NCBI GenBank assembly: GCA_963721455.1
Contig: CAVRJG010000044.1
Coordinates: 1 to 64,000, forward strand
Length of the DNA stretch: 64,000 nt
Source of the DNA: an uncultured Methanosarcinaceae archaeon
GTDB lineage: Archaea; Halobacteriota; Methanosarcinia; Methanosarcinales; Methanosarcinaceae
Direction of reading: 5' to 3'
Numbering within the stretch: the first letter of the stretch is position 1; the number at the start of each line of letters is the position of its first letter. Of the stretch, positions 53,348-63,891 are shown in pieces. The notes beneath the pieces are model-generated. The model worked only from the letters and a program-made list of their open reading frames with translations. It was not told the DNA's origin and did no database searches. Position numbers and translations under genes: made by a program.

Positions 53348-53475
53348 GAGCTTATCCCAAAACCCAAAATTTGCTTCTTTAGTCTCATATTTTAAGCAAC
53401 CAAGAGCTTCTGATTATGGAAGCAATCCTGAATAATTCTGAGAATTGAGATTAAAATGAATTTTGGGATAAGCTC
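53348..53475. mobile_element. 128-bp MITE with perfect 15-bp IRs
   Basis: GAGCTTATCCCAAAA ... TTTTGGGATAAGCTC. Confidence 0.75.
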
Positions 53476-53529
53476 ATATGTTGTATAGGTTATTCCGTAA
53501 CAGGCTTAAAATATTGTAAAACCACTTAC

Positions 53530-54306
53530 TCATTGATTTATTTTGACTGCACAATCTATGATCTCTGCACTTTCTTTATTCCATAGTTGTACATGAATGA
53601 ATTGGATTGAATCCTGACATTTTTCAGCACCATAGAATGTGAAAACTCTTGTTCCAGGTTTACCCGGTATTGGGTATTCAGGAGGTATATAATAAGATTC
53701 TATGAGCCAGAGAGAATCTGGTTTGTGACCAATAACCCAAGAATAACCAGTTGATCCACCATTGTCTTCTAGTTCAACTTTTGTCCTCTCACCAACTTTA
53801 ATATTTATATCACTAATTTTTGTATTAGTCATTTCCATTTTTTGTGTGTTACTTAAAAGTTCCTTGAATTTGTGGCAACCACCAACACCAGTATTTGCAC
53901 CGATAAAAACTTCATTCCCAAAAGTTAGCCTAAAATGCCAATATGGTTCATTGCAATCGGGTACCAATGGCCAAGAGAGTTTAACATCTACAAACGTATC
54001 CCCACAATCTCTTTTATTTAGAATTTTGATTGCTTCCTCAATGTCAATTTTGTAAGAAGGAATAATCCTTATCCCAAGAGGACATTGTATTTGTACCGGC
54101 TGTGTCATCCCTATATTTGGAGGTTGAGCTACATAAAATGAAAAGCAAGTTCCATCTTCTGCACGGACTATGCAATCCCAACCTAAAATATCTCCCACTT
54201 CTCTGCCCTTTCCATTATTGATACGAGCTTTTTTAAACAGAAGTCCTGCCATTGATTTACCATTTAAAGAAGTTGATACTTTGTTTAATAAATCTTTGAG
54301 ATCCAT
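53530..54306 (-). CDS. Cys-containing N-domain fused to a chagasin-like (I42) protease-inhibitor domain
   Basis: INIKVGE...VELEDNGGSTGYSW...PIPGKPGTRVFTF...HVQLW matches the chagasin NPTTGYxW / G.GG / RPW pattern. Confidence 0.7.
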   Translation of the reverse strand: MDLKDLLNKVSTSLNGKSMAGLLFKKARINNGKGREVGDILGWDCIVRAEDGTCFSFYVAQPPNIGMTQPVQIQCPLGIRIIPSYKIDIEEAIKILNKRDCGDTFVDVKLSWPLVPDCNEPYWHFRLTFGNEVFIGANTGVGGCHKFKELLSNTQKMEMTNTKISDINIKVGERTKVELEDNGGSTGYSWVIGHKPDSLWLIESYYIPPEYPIPGKPGTRVFTFYGAEKCQDSIQFIHVQLWNKESAEIIDCAVKINQ

Positions 54307-54624
54307 CTTTTTATCACCTATTCTCTGAATTGAGAGTTGTCATGTCAAAATGTCATAACATGTGCTAAAATAGAATACGCAGGTAAAAATAGGTTATCCA
54401 GATAACGTATGTGCAGACTGCACATGATTCGTTTAATTTGTGGATGGAAAAGTAAGAGTTTAGTCCCACAGTAATTCTTTACTGTTAGCTGTGCTAGAAT
54501 AAAATACGTAAGTAAAAATAGGTGATCCATATTAAGTATACATGGTATGCGCATAATTCGTTTAATATGCGCATGGAAAATTAATGAGTATATAACGAGG
54601 AATTAAATTATTGGATGTATTGTT

Positions 54625-55191
54625 TTGAATACCCATCGCATTTCTACCACAATCTCGCAGAAACACTGGGAACTATTAAAAAAGCACTCCGAAAAATTTG
54701 AAACACAGCAAAAAACTCTGGAATTTGCACTGGAAAGTCTGGAAAACAGCTCAAAACAGAGTCCAGAATTAACCCTAGAAGATAAATATTGGATACGCCT
54801 TAGACCGGCAAAATCACTGGTTATCATTGAAAAAACTGCCTTTAAATCGTTAATAGAAACCGCTGATATTGAACTATTAAGTGAGCTTTTTGTCCGGAAC
54901 AAAATCATAGAATATACGATAGAGTTCTACTTTCAGAAATCTCTTGAAGAATGTAATCTTAACGAAGTTATAGATGGTCTGGTTATTAACCTCAAGATAA
55001 CTAACTGGGTTGATACTGTAGATTACACAGATTATGGCGGCTATTACAAGCTGGTAATAACCCACGACCTTGGCTTTACTTTTGCCAAACTACTTACAAT
55101 ATGGATTGACAATATGTTTAAAACTCATGGAGTCAAGGTAGAGAGTATATATTCCATAAAAACGATCTTCACGAAAATATTTAAAAGCTAA
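54625..55191 (+). CDS. Putative transcriptional regulator (RHH-like N-terminus), Methanosarcina-type hypothetical
   Basis: RISTTISQKHWELLKK...QQKTLEFAL strand-helix-helix pattern; divergent from the 53530 gene. Confidence 0.55.
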   Translation: MNTHRISTTISQKHWELLKKHSEKFETQQKTLEFALESLENSSKQSPELTLEDKYWIRLRPAKSLVIIEKTAFKSLIETADIELLSELFVRNKIIEYTIEFYFQKSLEECNLNEVIDGLVINLKITNWVDTVDYTDYGGYYKLVITHDLGFTFAKLLTIWIDNMFKTHGVKVESIYSIKTIFTKIFKS

Positions 55192-55329
55192 TAATTAATA
55201 CTCCTAAATCTACTTATCTGAGGGGAATCAATTTAATGATTTACTATGTTTTGAGTCCAACTACAAAACCTAAATAAAGATCAAAAAAGATGCTAAAAGA
55301 ATTGTGAAAAAAAGATATAAAAAGAAAAG

Positions 55330-55404
55330 TGCTCCGATGGGGATTTGAACCCCAGTCGCAGGAGTGAGAGTCCTGAATGATTGGCCGAGCTACACTATCG
55401 GAGC
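55330..55404 (-). tRNA. tRNA-Glu(CTC)
   Basis: GCTCCGA/TCGGAGC acceptor stem; CAGGA-CTCTCAC-TCCTG anticodon arm; GGTTCAAATCC. Confidence 0.95.
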
Positions 55405-55596
55405 ATGTTGTTATTATGCTTTGTCTCTCAGGCAGCATACCTTCAAGTAATTTATAAAATATAAACCTTTCGTCTCATTTGTGAAAAAAGTAAAAATAGA
55501 AAAGTTGCCGGGAGAACTTTTGTTCCTATCCGGCACAACTGAAGGAAAGTTCTCATTCAGCTTGAAGGAGGCCTCCCGTTTCAGCTTCAGGACCTG

Positions 55597-56838
55597 TTAT
55601 ACGAACATGGCCTGAGGAATTGAGGATTCCTGAACGTTTACGACCTTTTCATAGGCTTTCAGGAAGTCTGCCATGGTGATCTGTTTGCCGCGCCTGCGCA
55701 GCACGAAGATTCCGGCTTCTTTGGTAATGACACTAATCTCTGCCCCGCTCATACCATTCATGACTTTTGCGAGTTTCTCAAAATCCACATCATCGGAAAG
55801 GTTCATCTTGCGGGTATGGATCTTAAGAATTTCAACCCTGCCCCCCTCATCAGGAAGCGGAATTTCAATGGACCGGTCAAACCTGCCAGGCCTCATGAGA
55901 GCAGGATCAAGAAGGTCAATCCTGTTGGTTGCAGCAACCACTTTTACATTGCCTTTGGGATCAAAGCCGTCCATCTCCGCAAGGAGCTGAAGCATTGTCC
56001 TGTTTACCTCTGCCGAACCACTGGTCCCGTCATAAGTCCTCATGCTGCCAACAGCATCGATTTCATCTATAAAGAGGATACTTGGGGACTTGTCCCTGGC
56101 AAGCTGGAAAATATCCTTAACAAGCCTTGAGCCCTCACCTACGAACTTCTGGACAAGATCAGAGCCTGACATTCGGATGAAAGTTGCTTTTGCCTGAGAG
56201 GCTATAGCCTTTGCAATCAGGGTCTTGCCCGTACCCGGAGCACCGTGAAGCAGGACACCTGAGGGGGGTTCGATTCCCAGATCCTCGAAAAGTTCGGGTT
56301 CTGTAAGCGGCAATTCGACGCTTTCCCGAACTTCCTGGAGTACCTCGTCAAGCCCTCCAATCATGCTATAGTCTACACCGGGAGAGTTAATGAGTTCCAT
56401 AACCTGAGCCCGAACATCGGCAGCCCTGCTAACTATGGAGATAATTGAGTAAGCCCCGTTTACAGCCACCCTCATTCCGGGCTCGATCTTTCCGAGGCAC
56501 TCCTCAGGGATCTGGGTGAGAACTTCCTGGTTATTTCCGTGCTGCCTGATAAGAGCAATTTCCCCATTCACCTCAAGAATAGTTGCAATAAAGAGAGGGG
56601 GCTCGGTAAGCTGCTCCAGATGAGCTTTTAATTTACTGATTTCCTGAAGGTGCCTGCCTGTTGCTACGCTTGCTTCAAGGAGCCGGGCCTTCATGTTCTC
56701 ATTCTGGACTTTCATGATTTCTATTTCGGTTAAGAGAGACTTCACGTCTTCAGCATTGATCTCCCCGCACTCAAGCTGATATTCTATCCTTGTTTTGATA
56801 TCTTCCATGGAAGATCTTATTGCACCGTCTTCTGACAT
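55597..56838 (-). CDS. pan: Proteasome-activating nucleotidase
   Basis: Coiled coil, OB domain, GAPGTGKT, FIDEIDA, RPGRFDR. Confidence 0.93.
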   Translation of the reverse strand: MSEDGAIRSSMEDIKTRIEYQLECGEINAEDVKSLLTEIEIMKVQNENMKARLLEASVATGRHLQEISKLKAHLEQLTEPPLFIATILEVNGEIALIRQHGNNQEVLTQIPEECLGKIEPGMRVAVNGAYSIISIVSRAADVRAQVMELINSPGVDYSMIGGLDEVLQEVRESVELPLTEPELFEDLGIEPPSGVLLHGAPGTGKTLIAKAIASQAKATFIRMSGSDLVQKFVGEGSRLVKDIFQLARDKSPSILFIDEIDAVGSMRTYDGTSGSAEVNRTMLQLLAEMDGFDPKGNVKVVAATNRIDLLDPALMRPGRFDRSIEIPLPDEGGRVEILKIHTRKMNLSDDVDFEKLAKVMNGMSGAEISVITKEAGIFVLRRRGKQITMADFLKAYEKVVNVQESSIPQAMFV

Positions 56839-57703
56839 TTGAAAACACCTTTTTTGTCGTATAAAATTGATTTCATATCACAATTTGGAGGTTAATTTAC
56901 TTAGGAATCATTTTTGTGGATCAGTTGATTTAAAGGTAAATTTGCTTGCGAATTTATTGCTTTGCAGGTTATTAGGTAGTGATTAATCAAGCTTCAAGCG
57001 TTTGATCTGTGGATCGGTTATCAGGTTATTTATGCATCTCAGGGATTTATTATATCCCTGGCTTTTACAAAAGAATAAAAGCCTGAAAACGGGAAATCAG
57101 GAAAAGAACGATCCTTTTCATAAAATCACCCGTACAGGATAACTCACACATATCAAAGGTTAAAATGCCATTTAAAAGATTCTCTTATCATTTTAACAAC
57201 ATATATTAAAATGTCGTGAATTAATATACATATACAAATATAAAAGAGGCATATATAAGTTCCTGCAACACCTGCGGCCCATTTTTAACCTCTATTAGAT
57301 TGCTTTCTGATACCCACCTATATTATATCGATTTTTTGTATACTTCCAGACATCGTATTTCCTTATTTATATTGTGCACAACTACCGATTCTCCGGCTTC
57401 CGGCAAATCTCCCCGGAAGAAACCGGAAGACATAAAAAACAAATTACACCGGACTCAAACGCAGCACTGACCGGAGAAGGCAAGAGCAGATAAGCTTTTT
57501 CCCACATCGAAAGGAAAATTTGGCCGGAAGGGGTCAACCCCGTATAAATCGATAAAGACAACCGCAAATTCCCTTTTTTGAGAGGCAGTCACTGGACACT
57601 TTATATATAATTTGCCAATTTAGATAAAAATCGGACTAAAGACATCACATACGTAAGAAATCAAAAGAATATATTTAATAATAAAAGCATTATATCATCC
57701 CAC

Positions 57704-57949
57704 ATGCGTATATGTGAAGATTTTCTAAGAGTAGGCGCAACAGTCACATTTATCGGCTTCATCATACTATTATTAGGTGTAATTCTTACGACATTACAGC
57801 ATCCTGCAAGCAGCCAGATGGGCGGATTAATTATGCTAGGCCCAATCCCGATAGCTTTCGGTTCCTCTCCTGAGATTACAACAAACATGCTGGGGATTGG
57901 ATTATTAGTAACGATTCTTTATTTATTCCTGTGGAAAACGAAACGTTGA
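57704..57949 (+). CDS. DUF131 (TIGR00304-type) membrane protein
   Basis: GGLIMLGPIPIAFGS. Confidence 0.8.
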   Translation: MRICEDFLRVGATVTFIGFIILLLGVILTTLQHPASSQMGGLIMLGPIPIAFGSSPEITTNMLGIGLLVTILYLFLWKTKR

Positions 57950-57957
57950 TCGGAAGT

Positions 57958-58305
57958 ATGCTTTTTTTGATTGGAATTTTCACAATACTCATCGGATTTT
58001 TGCTAATTATAACCGGCATAGCTCTAAGCATGTTCCAGGACTCCGAATCAAGGCAGAACCACTCAAAAAGAGCGGACCCATTCGGAAGAGAAGCAGATTT
58101 TGAAAATACCCCGGATTTCGAGAAGCTATCCCATGAGAAGCCTCCTGGAAAAGCTGAATCAAAAATCAAGGCTGGAGGAGTAATTATGCTCGGCCCGATC
58201 CCCATCATCTTCGGAAGCGATAAAGAAAGTGCAAAAACCGCAGCAATCCTCGCAATAATACTCATGCTTCTTAGCCTGCTGATTTTCAGAGGCTCATTCT
58301 TCTAA
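57958..58305 (+). CDS. DUF131 (TIGR00304-type) membrane protein
   Basis: GGVIMLGPIPIIFGSD. Confidence 0.8.
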   Translation: MLFLIGIFTILIGFLLIITGIALSMFQDSESRQNHSKRADPFGREADFENTPDFEKLSHEKPPGKAESKIKAGGVIMLGPIPIIFGSDKESAKTAAILAIILMLLSLLIFRGSFF

Positions 58306-58417
58306 ATTCCGCTGCTGTTTTCTCTGCTTGCGGCCACGGAAAAAACCCACCGCCGGGAAGAAATTGTGCCCCTATTTCTATATTCTATATTACACTGAAA
58401 AACGATGACTTTAAAAA

Positions 58418-58534
58418 TTAGTCCTCTTGAGCGAAGCGAAAAGGACAGCGTACTCCCGAGGCGCAATTCGGGCGAGGCGCAATTCGGGCGAGGCGCAATT
58501 CGGGAAGCGAAATTCGGGCGAGGCGCAATTCGGA
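58418..58534. repeat. Dispersed repeat head followed by ~5 tandem 16-mers (CGAGGCGCAATTCGGG)
   Basis: Units at 58457, 58473, 58489, 58505 (degenerate) and 58519; head TTAGTCCTCTWGAGCGMAGCGARAAGGACA also at 40396. Confidence 0.8.
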
Positions 58535-58576
58535 CAAACAAAAAGTTATTAACGGTTAAGCCCGAATCAGAGCTTT

Positions 58577-59851
58577 ATGTTTACGATAATCACAGGCGCG
58601 CAGTTCGGTGACGAGGGAAAAGGCAAGATTGTCGACCTTCTGGCAAAAGATTATGACATTGTTGCCCGTTTCCAGGGAGGGAACAACGCAGGCCATACGG
58701 TAAGGGTAGGAGACGAGGTTTACAAACTGCACCTGATCCCTTCAGGTATTCTGCTTGATGCCAGAGTTCTGATCGGGCCTGGGGTTGTCCTGAACCCTGA
58801 AGTTCTGGCCGAAGAAATTACAATGTTTGAGAATCACGGCATAAAAGTAAACGCCGGAAAGCTTGGCGTAGATGCGAAGACAAGCATCATTATGCCGTAC
58901 CACATCGAAATGGACGGGCTAAGGGAAGCATCCAGGGAAAAGAAAATAGGGACCACAAAACGCGGAATAGGCTATGCTTACATCGATAAGGTAGCAAGAG
59001 ATGAAATCCGCATGGCTGAACTTGTGGACAGTGAACGCTTCCTTGCAAGACTTGAGGAGCTTGCCCCCCAGAAGGAAAAGGAAATAGCGGCAATGGGAGG
59101 AGATCCGAAAATCGTCAGAGACCCTGCCCTTATAGAGAGATATATCGAACTCGGCAGGCAGTTTGCTGCTTATATAACAGACGTTTCCAGGGAAATCAAC
59201 AAAGCCCTCGATGAAGATAAACATGTAATGGCTGAAGCTGCCCAGGGAACCCACCTCGATGTTATACATGGAACCCAGAAATTCGTGACATCTTCTTCTA
59301 CAATCGCAGGCTCTGCCTGTGCAAACCTTGGAGTGGGCCCAACGAGAGTGGACAATGTAATAGCCATAGTGAAGGCTTACATTACAAGAGTCGGTGAGGG
59401 CCCGCTTCCTACAGAGCTTACAGGAGAACTGGGAGAAAGGATACAGAAAGCAGGGGGAGAATTCGGGACAACTACCGGCAGGAGCAGGAGATGTGGGTGG
59501 TTCGATCTGCCTCTCCTGAAAAAATCCATTGCTCTTAACGGGTATACGGAAATTTCCCTGACCAAACTGGATGTACTGACAGGCCTTGACCCGATCCGGA
59601 TCTGCGTCTGCTACAGATATAAGGGAGAAAATGTAGAATATCCCCCGGAACTTACTGAGGATCTCTCTGAATGCACGCCTGTTTACGAAGCCCTTCCTGG
59701 CTGGGAAAGTGACCTTACCGAGGTAAAAGCCTTTGAGGAGCTTCCGGAAAACGCCAGAAACTATGTCAAAAGGTTAGAAGAATTGATGAAAGTGCCTATC
59801 AATTATATTTCAGTAGGTCCGGGCAGGGCACAAACCTTTAAAAAAGAATAA
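58577..59851 (+). CDS. purA: Adenylosuccinate synthetase
   Basis: QFGDEGKGK, GGNNAGHT, GTTTGRSRRCGW, TKLDVL. Confidence 0.97.
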   Translation: MFTIITGAQFGDEGKGKIVDLLAKDYDIVARFQGGNNAGHTVRVGDEVYKLHLIPSGILLDARVLIGPGVVLNPEVLAEEITMFENHGIKVNAGKLGVDAKTSIIMPYHIEMDGLREASREKKIGTTKRGIGYAYIDKVARDEIRMAELVDSERFLARLEELAPQKEKEIAAMGGDPKIVRDPALIERYIELGRQFAAYITDVSREINKALDEDKHVMAEAAQGTHLDVIHGTQKFVTSSSTIAGSACANLGVGPTRVDNVIAIVKAYITRVGEGPLPTELTGELGERIQKAGGEFGTTTGRSRRCGWFDLPLLKKSIALNGYTEISLTKLDVLTGLDPIRICVCYRYKGENVEYPPELTEDLSECTPVYEALPGWESDLTEVKAFEELPENARNYVKRLEELMKVPINYISVGPGRAQTFKKE

Positions 59852-60143
59852 TCTATTTAACACACTTGCCAGGCCAGTCACCGAAAAATGTATATATTAA
59901 CTGATAAGTGTATCAACCTCTTTCCAGTTTAAACTACAATCATGTTTACCGGCATTATCGGGCCTTCAAGCCCAAATTTTAAGAGTCCATAAGTCCAGCT
60001 ATAAAAACCAGCAAGGGCATCTCGAAAGAGACAGAGTTACCTCGTTTCGGGAAAATAAGTGCATTTCTGGCAGGCAGGGGAGAAGAATCGGCTTTATCTC
60101 CCGGCACCTGCAAAAATAACGTAATTAGGAAAAGGAGGAGAGC

Positions 60144-60593
60144 ATGACAACAGTATTTGATGTCCCTGCAATGGAACTTATCGAAAAGGTTGCAGGCATT
60201 CTTAAGGAAAATGAAAATGTCGTTCCCCCTGAGTGGGCAGAGAACGTGAAAACCGGAGTTCACAAGGAACTTCCTCCAAGCAGAGACGATTGGTGGTATA
60301 TCAGATGCGCTGCAGTCCTGAGGAAAATCTATACTGACGGACCAGTAGGGATTGAGAGACTCCGCTCCGTATATGGCGGAAAGAAAGACGAGGGATCAAG
60401 CCCGAGCCACAAAGCAAAAGGCAGCGGTTCGGTTGCCAGAAAGGCAGTACAGCAGCTTGAGGCTGCAGGTTACCTGCAAAAGGTAAAGGGCGGAAGAACG
60501 GTATCTGCAAAGGGACGTTCCATGCTTGACAATGCAGCCAATGAACTCAAGAAAGAGCTTCTTGAGAAAATCCCCGAACTTGCAAAATACTGA
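60144..60593 (+). CDS. rps19e: 30S ribosomal protein S19e
   Basis: PPEWA..VKTG..KELPP...DWWY.R.A. Confidence 0.96.
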   Translation: MTTVFDVPAMELIEKVAGILKENENVVPPEWAENVKTGVHKELPPSRDDWWYIRCAAVLRKIYTDGPVGIERLRSVYGGKKDEGSSPSHKAKGSGSVARKAVQQLEAAGYLQKVKGGRTVSAKGRSMLDNAANELKKELLEKIPELAKY

Positions 60594-60704
60594 GAGAGGT
60601 TATTTCCGAAAGGGACCTGAGATGTTTCTTCGGAATCCCTTTCAAATATATTATTAATCATAAGCCAGATTGATCCGGAAAACCGGTTTTTTTGGATGAT
60701 TGCC

Positions 60705-61067
60705 ATGCCTACGATGGATGACGAACTCGACGAAATACGAAAGAGACGGCTTGCAGAAATTCAGAAACAGCAGGCACAACAGCACCAGCCATCTGACATG
60801 CAGGCAGCTTACCAGCAGGAACAGGCCAGAGCTGATATGGAAGCTCAGAAGCAGGCCATCCTGAGGCAAATTCTTACCCCTGAGGCCAGAGAACGCCTGA
60901 CAACTCTAAAGATGTCAAGGCCGGCTCTCGGGGAACAGCTTGAAATGCAGCTGATCTCGCTTGCTCAGAGTGGAAGGCTCCAGTCTCAAATCGACGACGA
61001 ACAGCTTAAAACGCTCCTGATGAGGATGCAGCCAAAAAAGCGTAAGACATCCATAACCCGGGTTTAA
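60705..61067 (+). CDS. PDCD5-like DNA-binding protein
   Basis: ELDEIRKRRLAE; ILRQILTPEARERL. Confidence 0.9.
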   Translation: MPTMDDELDEIRKRRLAEIQKQQAQQHQPSDMQAAYQQEQARADMEAQKQAILRQILTPEARERLTTLKMSRPALGEQLEMQLISLAQSGRLQSQIDDEQLKTLLMRMQPKKRKTSITRV

Positions 61068-61072
61068 ATATA

Positions 61073-61675
61073 ATGAGAATCTCGGTCCTATTTAGCGGAG
61101 GCAAGGACAGCTCGCTCTCTGCCCTTTTGATGGAACCGCTTTTTGAGATAGAACTCGTGACCTGCTGTTTCGGTTTGCTCCCCAATGGAGAGCTGGCAGC
61201 AAAGACTGCAAAAGAGCTGCGCTTTCCACACAGGGTTCTCTCTCTTGAACGGGAAATCCTGGAAAAGGCGTATGAGAAAATAATGAAGGACGGTTTCCCG
61301 AAAAGCGCTATCAATTATATCCATGAAAAAGCCATAGAAACTCTTGCTTCGGACCCGGAAGTGAAATTTATTGCTGACGGAACCAGAAGAGATGACAGAG
61401 TTCCTGTGCTTTCAATTTCACAGATACGAAGTATTGAAGACCGACTGGGAATTCAGTACATGTGCCCGTTGAAAGGATATAATAGAAAGACCGTGAGCAT
61501 TCTTGTCGAGCGTTACCTGAGAATTGAAGAGGGGCCGAGTGAGAATACTCCGAAAGCAGACTACGAAACCGAACTCAGGGAGTTAATCAGGCAGAGACAC
61601 GGTGAAGAGAAAATAAAGGAACTGTTTCCTGCCCATATCCAGTCCCATGTGCTTTCGAGGAAAGAACTGCCCTGA
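61073..61675 (+). CDS. PP-loop ATPase (adenine-nucleotide alpha-hydrolase)
   Basis: LFSGGKDSSL; DGTRRDDR; conserved position in the rps19e cluster. Confidence 0.85.
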   Translation: MRISVLFSGGKDSSLSALLMEPLFEIELVTCCFGLLPNGELAAKTAKELRFPHRVLSLEREILEKAYEKIMKDGFPKSAINYIHEKAIETLASDPEVKFIADGTRRDDRVPVLSISQIRSIEDRLGIQYMCPLKGYNRKTVSILVERYLRIEEGPSENTPKADYETELRELIRQRHGEEKIKELFPAHIQSHVLSRKELP

Positions 61676-61741
61676 AGAAGGTATGCTTGGAAATCAGGAA
61701 GTCTTCCGGAAGGGTAAATTCTGGAATAAAGATTTATACGA

Positions 61742-61785
61742 TAATCGAGTTATATTCAACCCTTAATCGAGTTATATTCAACCCT
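61742..61785. repeat. 22-bp exact tandem duplication
   Basis: TAATCGAGTTATATTCAACCCT x2. Confidence 0.85.
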
Positions 61786-61939
61786 TATACTGCTGCAGAT
61801 TAACCGAGAACCTCATAGAATTTACCGGATATGGGTTTAAAAGTTGCCGTTTAATCCGGCGGGGTAGAATCGCAATTATGTAAGGGTTAAGATCACGATC
61901 AGCTAATTATCGGATATAACCAGAAATTAACAGAATTAA

Positions 61940-62125
<186 letters not shown>

Positions 62126-62146
62126 GCGAGGAAGGTGGGAAAAGAA

Positions 62147-62416
62147 ATGGCAGACGACATGGTAAAAGAACAGATATATACTATCCCCCTCAGGGCAGCA
62201 AGGAAAGTACCTACATGGAAAAGAGCCAACAGGGCAGTTATTGAAGTAAGGAGTTACCTTGTAAGGCACATGAAGGTAGAGTCCGTAAAGGTAAAGCTGG
62301 ACAAATCCATTAATGACCGCCTCTGGGAAAAAGGCTGTGAAAAACCCCCTCTCTCCATCCGGGTCAGAGCTGTAAAATTCGCAGATGGGGAGTTACAGGC
62401 AGAACTTGCCCAGTAA
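62147..62416 (+). CDS. rpl31e: 50S ribosomal protein L31e
   Basis: YTIPLR...KRANRA...RHMK...INDRLW..G...PP. Confidence 0.95.
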   Translation: MADDMVKEQIYTIPLRAARKVPTWKRANRAVIEVRSYLVRHMKVESVKVKLDKSINDRLWEKGCEKPPLSIRVRAVKFADGELQAELAQ

Positions 62417-62448
62417 AATATAACATAAAACGCGAAGCTTCAACTAAT

Positions 62449-63108
62449 ATGATTCGAACAATTGACATCTACGATACCCCAATGATAGGGGTCTTTGCAA
62501 CCTGCACAGAAAATGTTGTTCTCGTCCCCACCGGGACAAAACCCGAGATCTGTGCCATACTTGAGGATTCGCTGGATACAAGGGTAGTTGAGACTCTTGT
62601 AAACGGAAGCGTTGTGGTTGGAGCCCTTTCCAGAGGAAACTCAAACGGTTTCCTTTTTTCACACGGAACCGATGCCAGGGAAATGCAAGAACTGACAGGA
62701 GTTCAGGCAGAGGTCCTTCCCGGTAAGTTGAATGCAGTCGGAAACATTGTGCTTGCGAACGATTCCGCAGCACTTGTGCACCCCGAACTGTCAGACTGGG
62801 CTATTGAGGCCATTGCCAGAACCCTCAAGGTAGAGGTTTACAGGGGAACAATTGCCGGAATGAAAAATGTAGGAATGGCAGGAGTTGTCACCAATAAAGG
62901 GCTTCTGGTACACCCGAAAGTGACACCTTCTGAAAGAGAAATTCTGGAAAAGATCTTCGAGCTTCCGGTAAATATAGGGACTACGAACTTTGGGACTCAG
63001 ATGCTTGGCTCAGGCCTGCTTGCGAACTCAAAGAACTATTTAGCAGGTTCCGACACTACAGGACCCGAACTTGGGAGAATCGAAGAAGCACTCGGATTCC
63101 TAGAATGA
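62449..63108 (+). CDS. eif6: Translation initiation factor 6
   Basis: IGVF, GNSNG, NAVGN, GTTNFG, TTGPEL. Confidence 0.95.
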   Translation: MIRTIDIYDTPMIGVFATCTENVVLVPTGTKPEICAILEDSLDTRVVETLVNGSVVVGALSRGNSNGFLFSHGTDAREMQELTGVQAEVLPGKLNAVGNIVLANDSAALVHPELSDWAIEAIARTLKVEVYRGTIAGMKNVGMAGVVTNKGLLVHPKVTPSEREILEKIFELPVNIGTTNFGTQMLGSGLLANSKNYLAGSDTTGPELGRIEEALGFLE

Positions 63109-63160
63109 ATAGTAATCATCCATCTGTCGGAATAAAGCTACAGCAAGAATGGTGACCAAG

Positions 63161-63337
63161 ATGAAGAATTTTGTTGTTAAAGGCAAATTTAAAGCAGGAA
63201 ATACCTGGGAAAATTTCACAAAGAAGACCGAAAGTCAGAATGAAAAGAACGCAAGAGATAAGGTCTATTCTGTCTTTGGAAGCAGGCACGGTATTAAGAG
63301 AAGCCAGATCCTGATCGAAAGCGTCGCTGAGGAGTGA
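63161..63337 (+). CDS. rpl18a: 50S ribosomal protein L18Ae/LX
   Basis: FVVKG.F...FTK...[13 protein letters not shown]. Confidence 0.9.
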   Translation: MKNFVVKGKFKAGNTWENFTKKTESQNEKNARDKVYSVFGSRHGIKRSQILIESVAEE

Positions 63338-63342
63338 AGGAT

Positions 63343-63774
63343 ATGGCAGAAGTCAGTGAAGATATCCGAAATCTGGCAGCCAGGCATCAGGAGTTCCAGA
63401 GACAGGCCGAAGCCTTAAGGCAGGAAATGAACATGGTTCAGGCTTCCATTTCAAGCTGCGACCAGACGATCGTAACCATCAACGAGCTGAAAACAGCCTC
63501 CTCGGAAGGCAAGACTGCAGAAACGATGGTTGCTGTGGGTTTTGGCTCATTCGTTCACGCCGAAATAAAAAATGCAGATAAGGTAATTGTGGACCTGGGA
63601 GCAGGTTTCAGTGCAGAAAAGACAGCACATGAAGCCATTGAGACCCTGAACCGCCGCAAAGAGCAGCTTACGAAAATTCTCGAACAGATGAATGCTTCAC
63701 TGACTAAATATATACAGGGCATGCAGACCCTGGAAGCTGAGGCTACAAAACTTCAGCAACCTGGCCAGGCCTGA
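63343..63774 (+). CDS. pfdA: Prefoldin alpha subunit
   Basis: Coiled coils flanking VAVGFGSFV...VIVDLGAG. Confidence 0.93.
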   Translation: MAEVSEDIRNLAARHQEFQRQAEALRQEMNMVQASISSCDQTIVTINELKTASSEGKTAETMVAVGFGSFVHAEIKNADKVIVDLGAGFSAEKTAHEAIETLNRRKEQLTKILEQMNASLTKYIQGMQTLEAEATKLQQPGQA

Positions 63775-63891
63775 GAAAAGACCTGGTTCAGGAAAAGGTA
63801 AATAGAATTCAAAAACCCTATTTGAGAAGAAGTCATTACTTTAAATTAATTTTAATTACTATTTTTACTGAATTTCTTTGGGATGGATCCT

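Noticed and set aside
58457-58534. Mini-CRISPR
   Set aside because: Contiguous 16-bp tandem units with no spacers.
59940-60140. Possible ncRNA upstream of rps19e
   Set aside because: No recognisable RNase P, SRP or C/D box motifs; it may just be a long leader.
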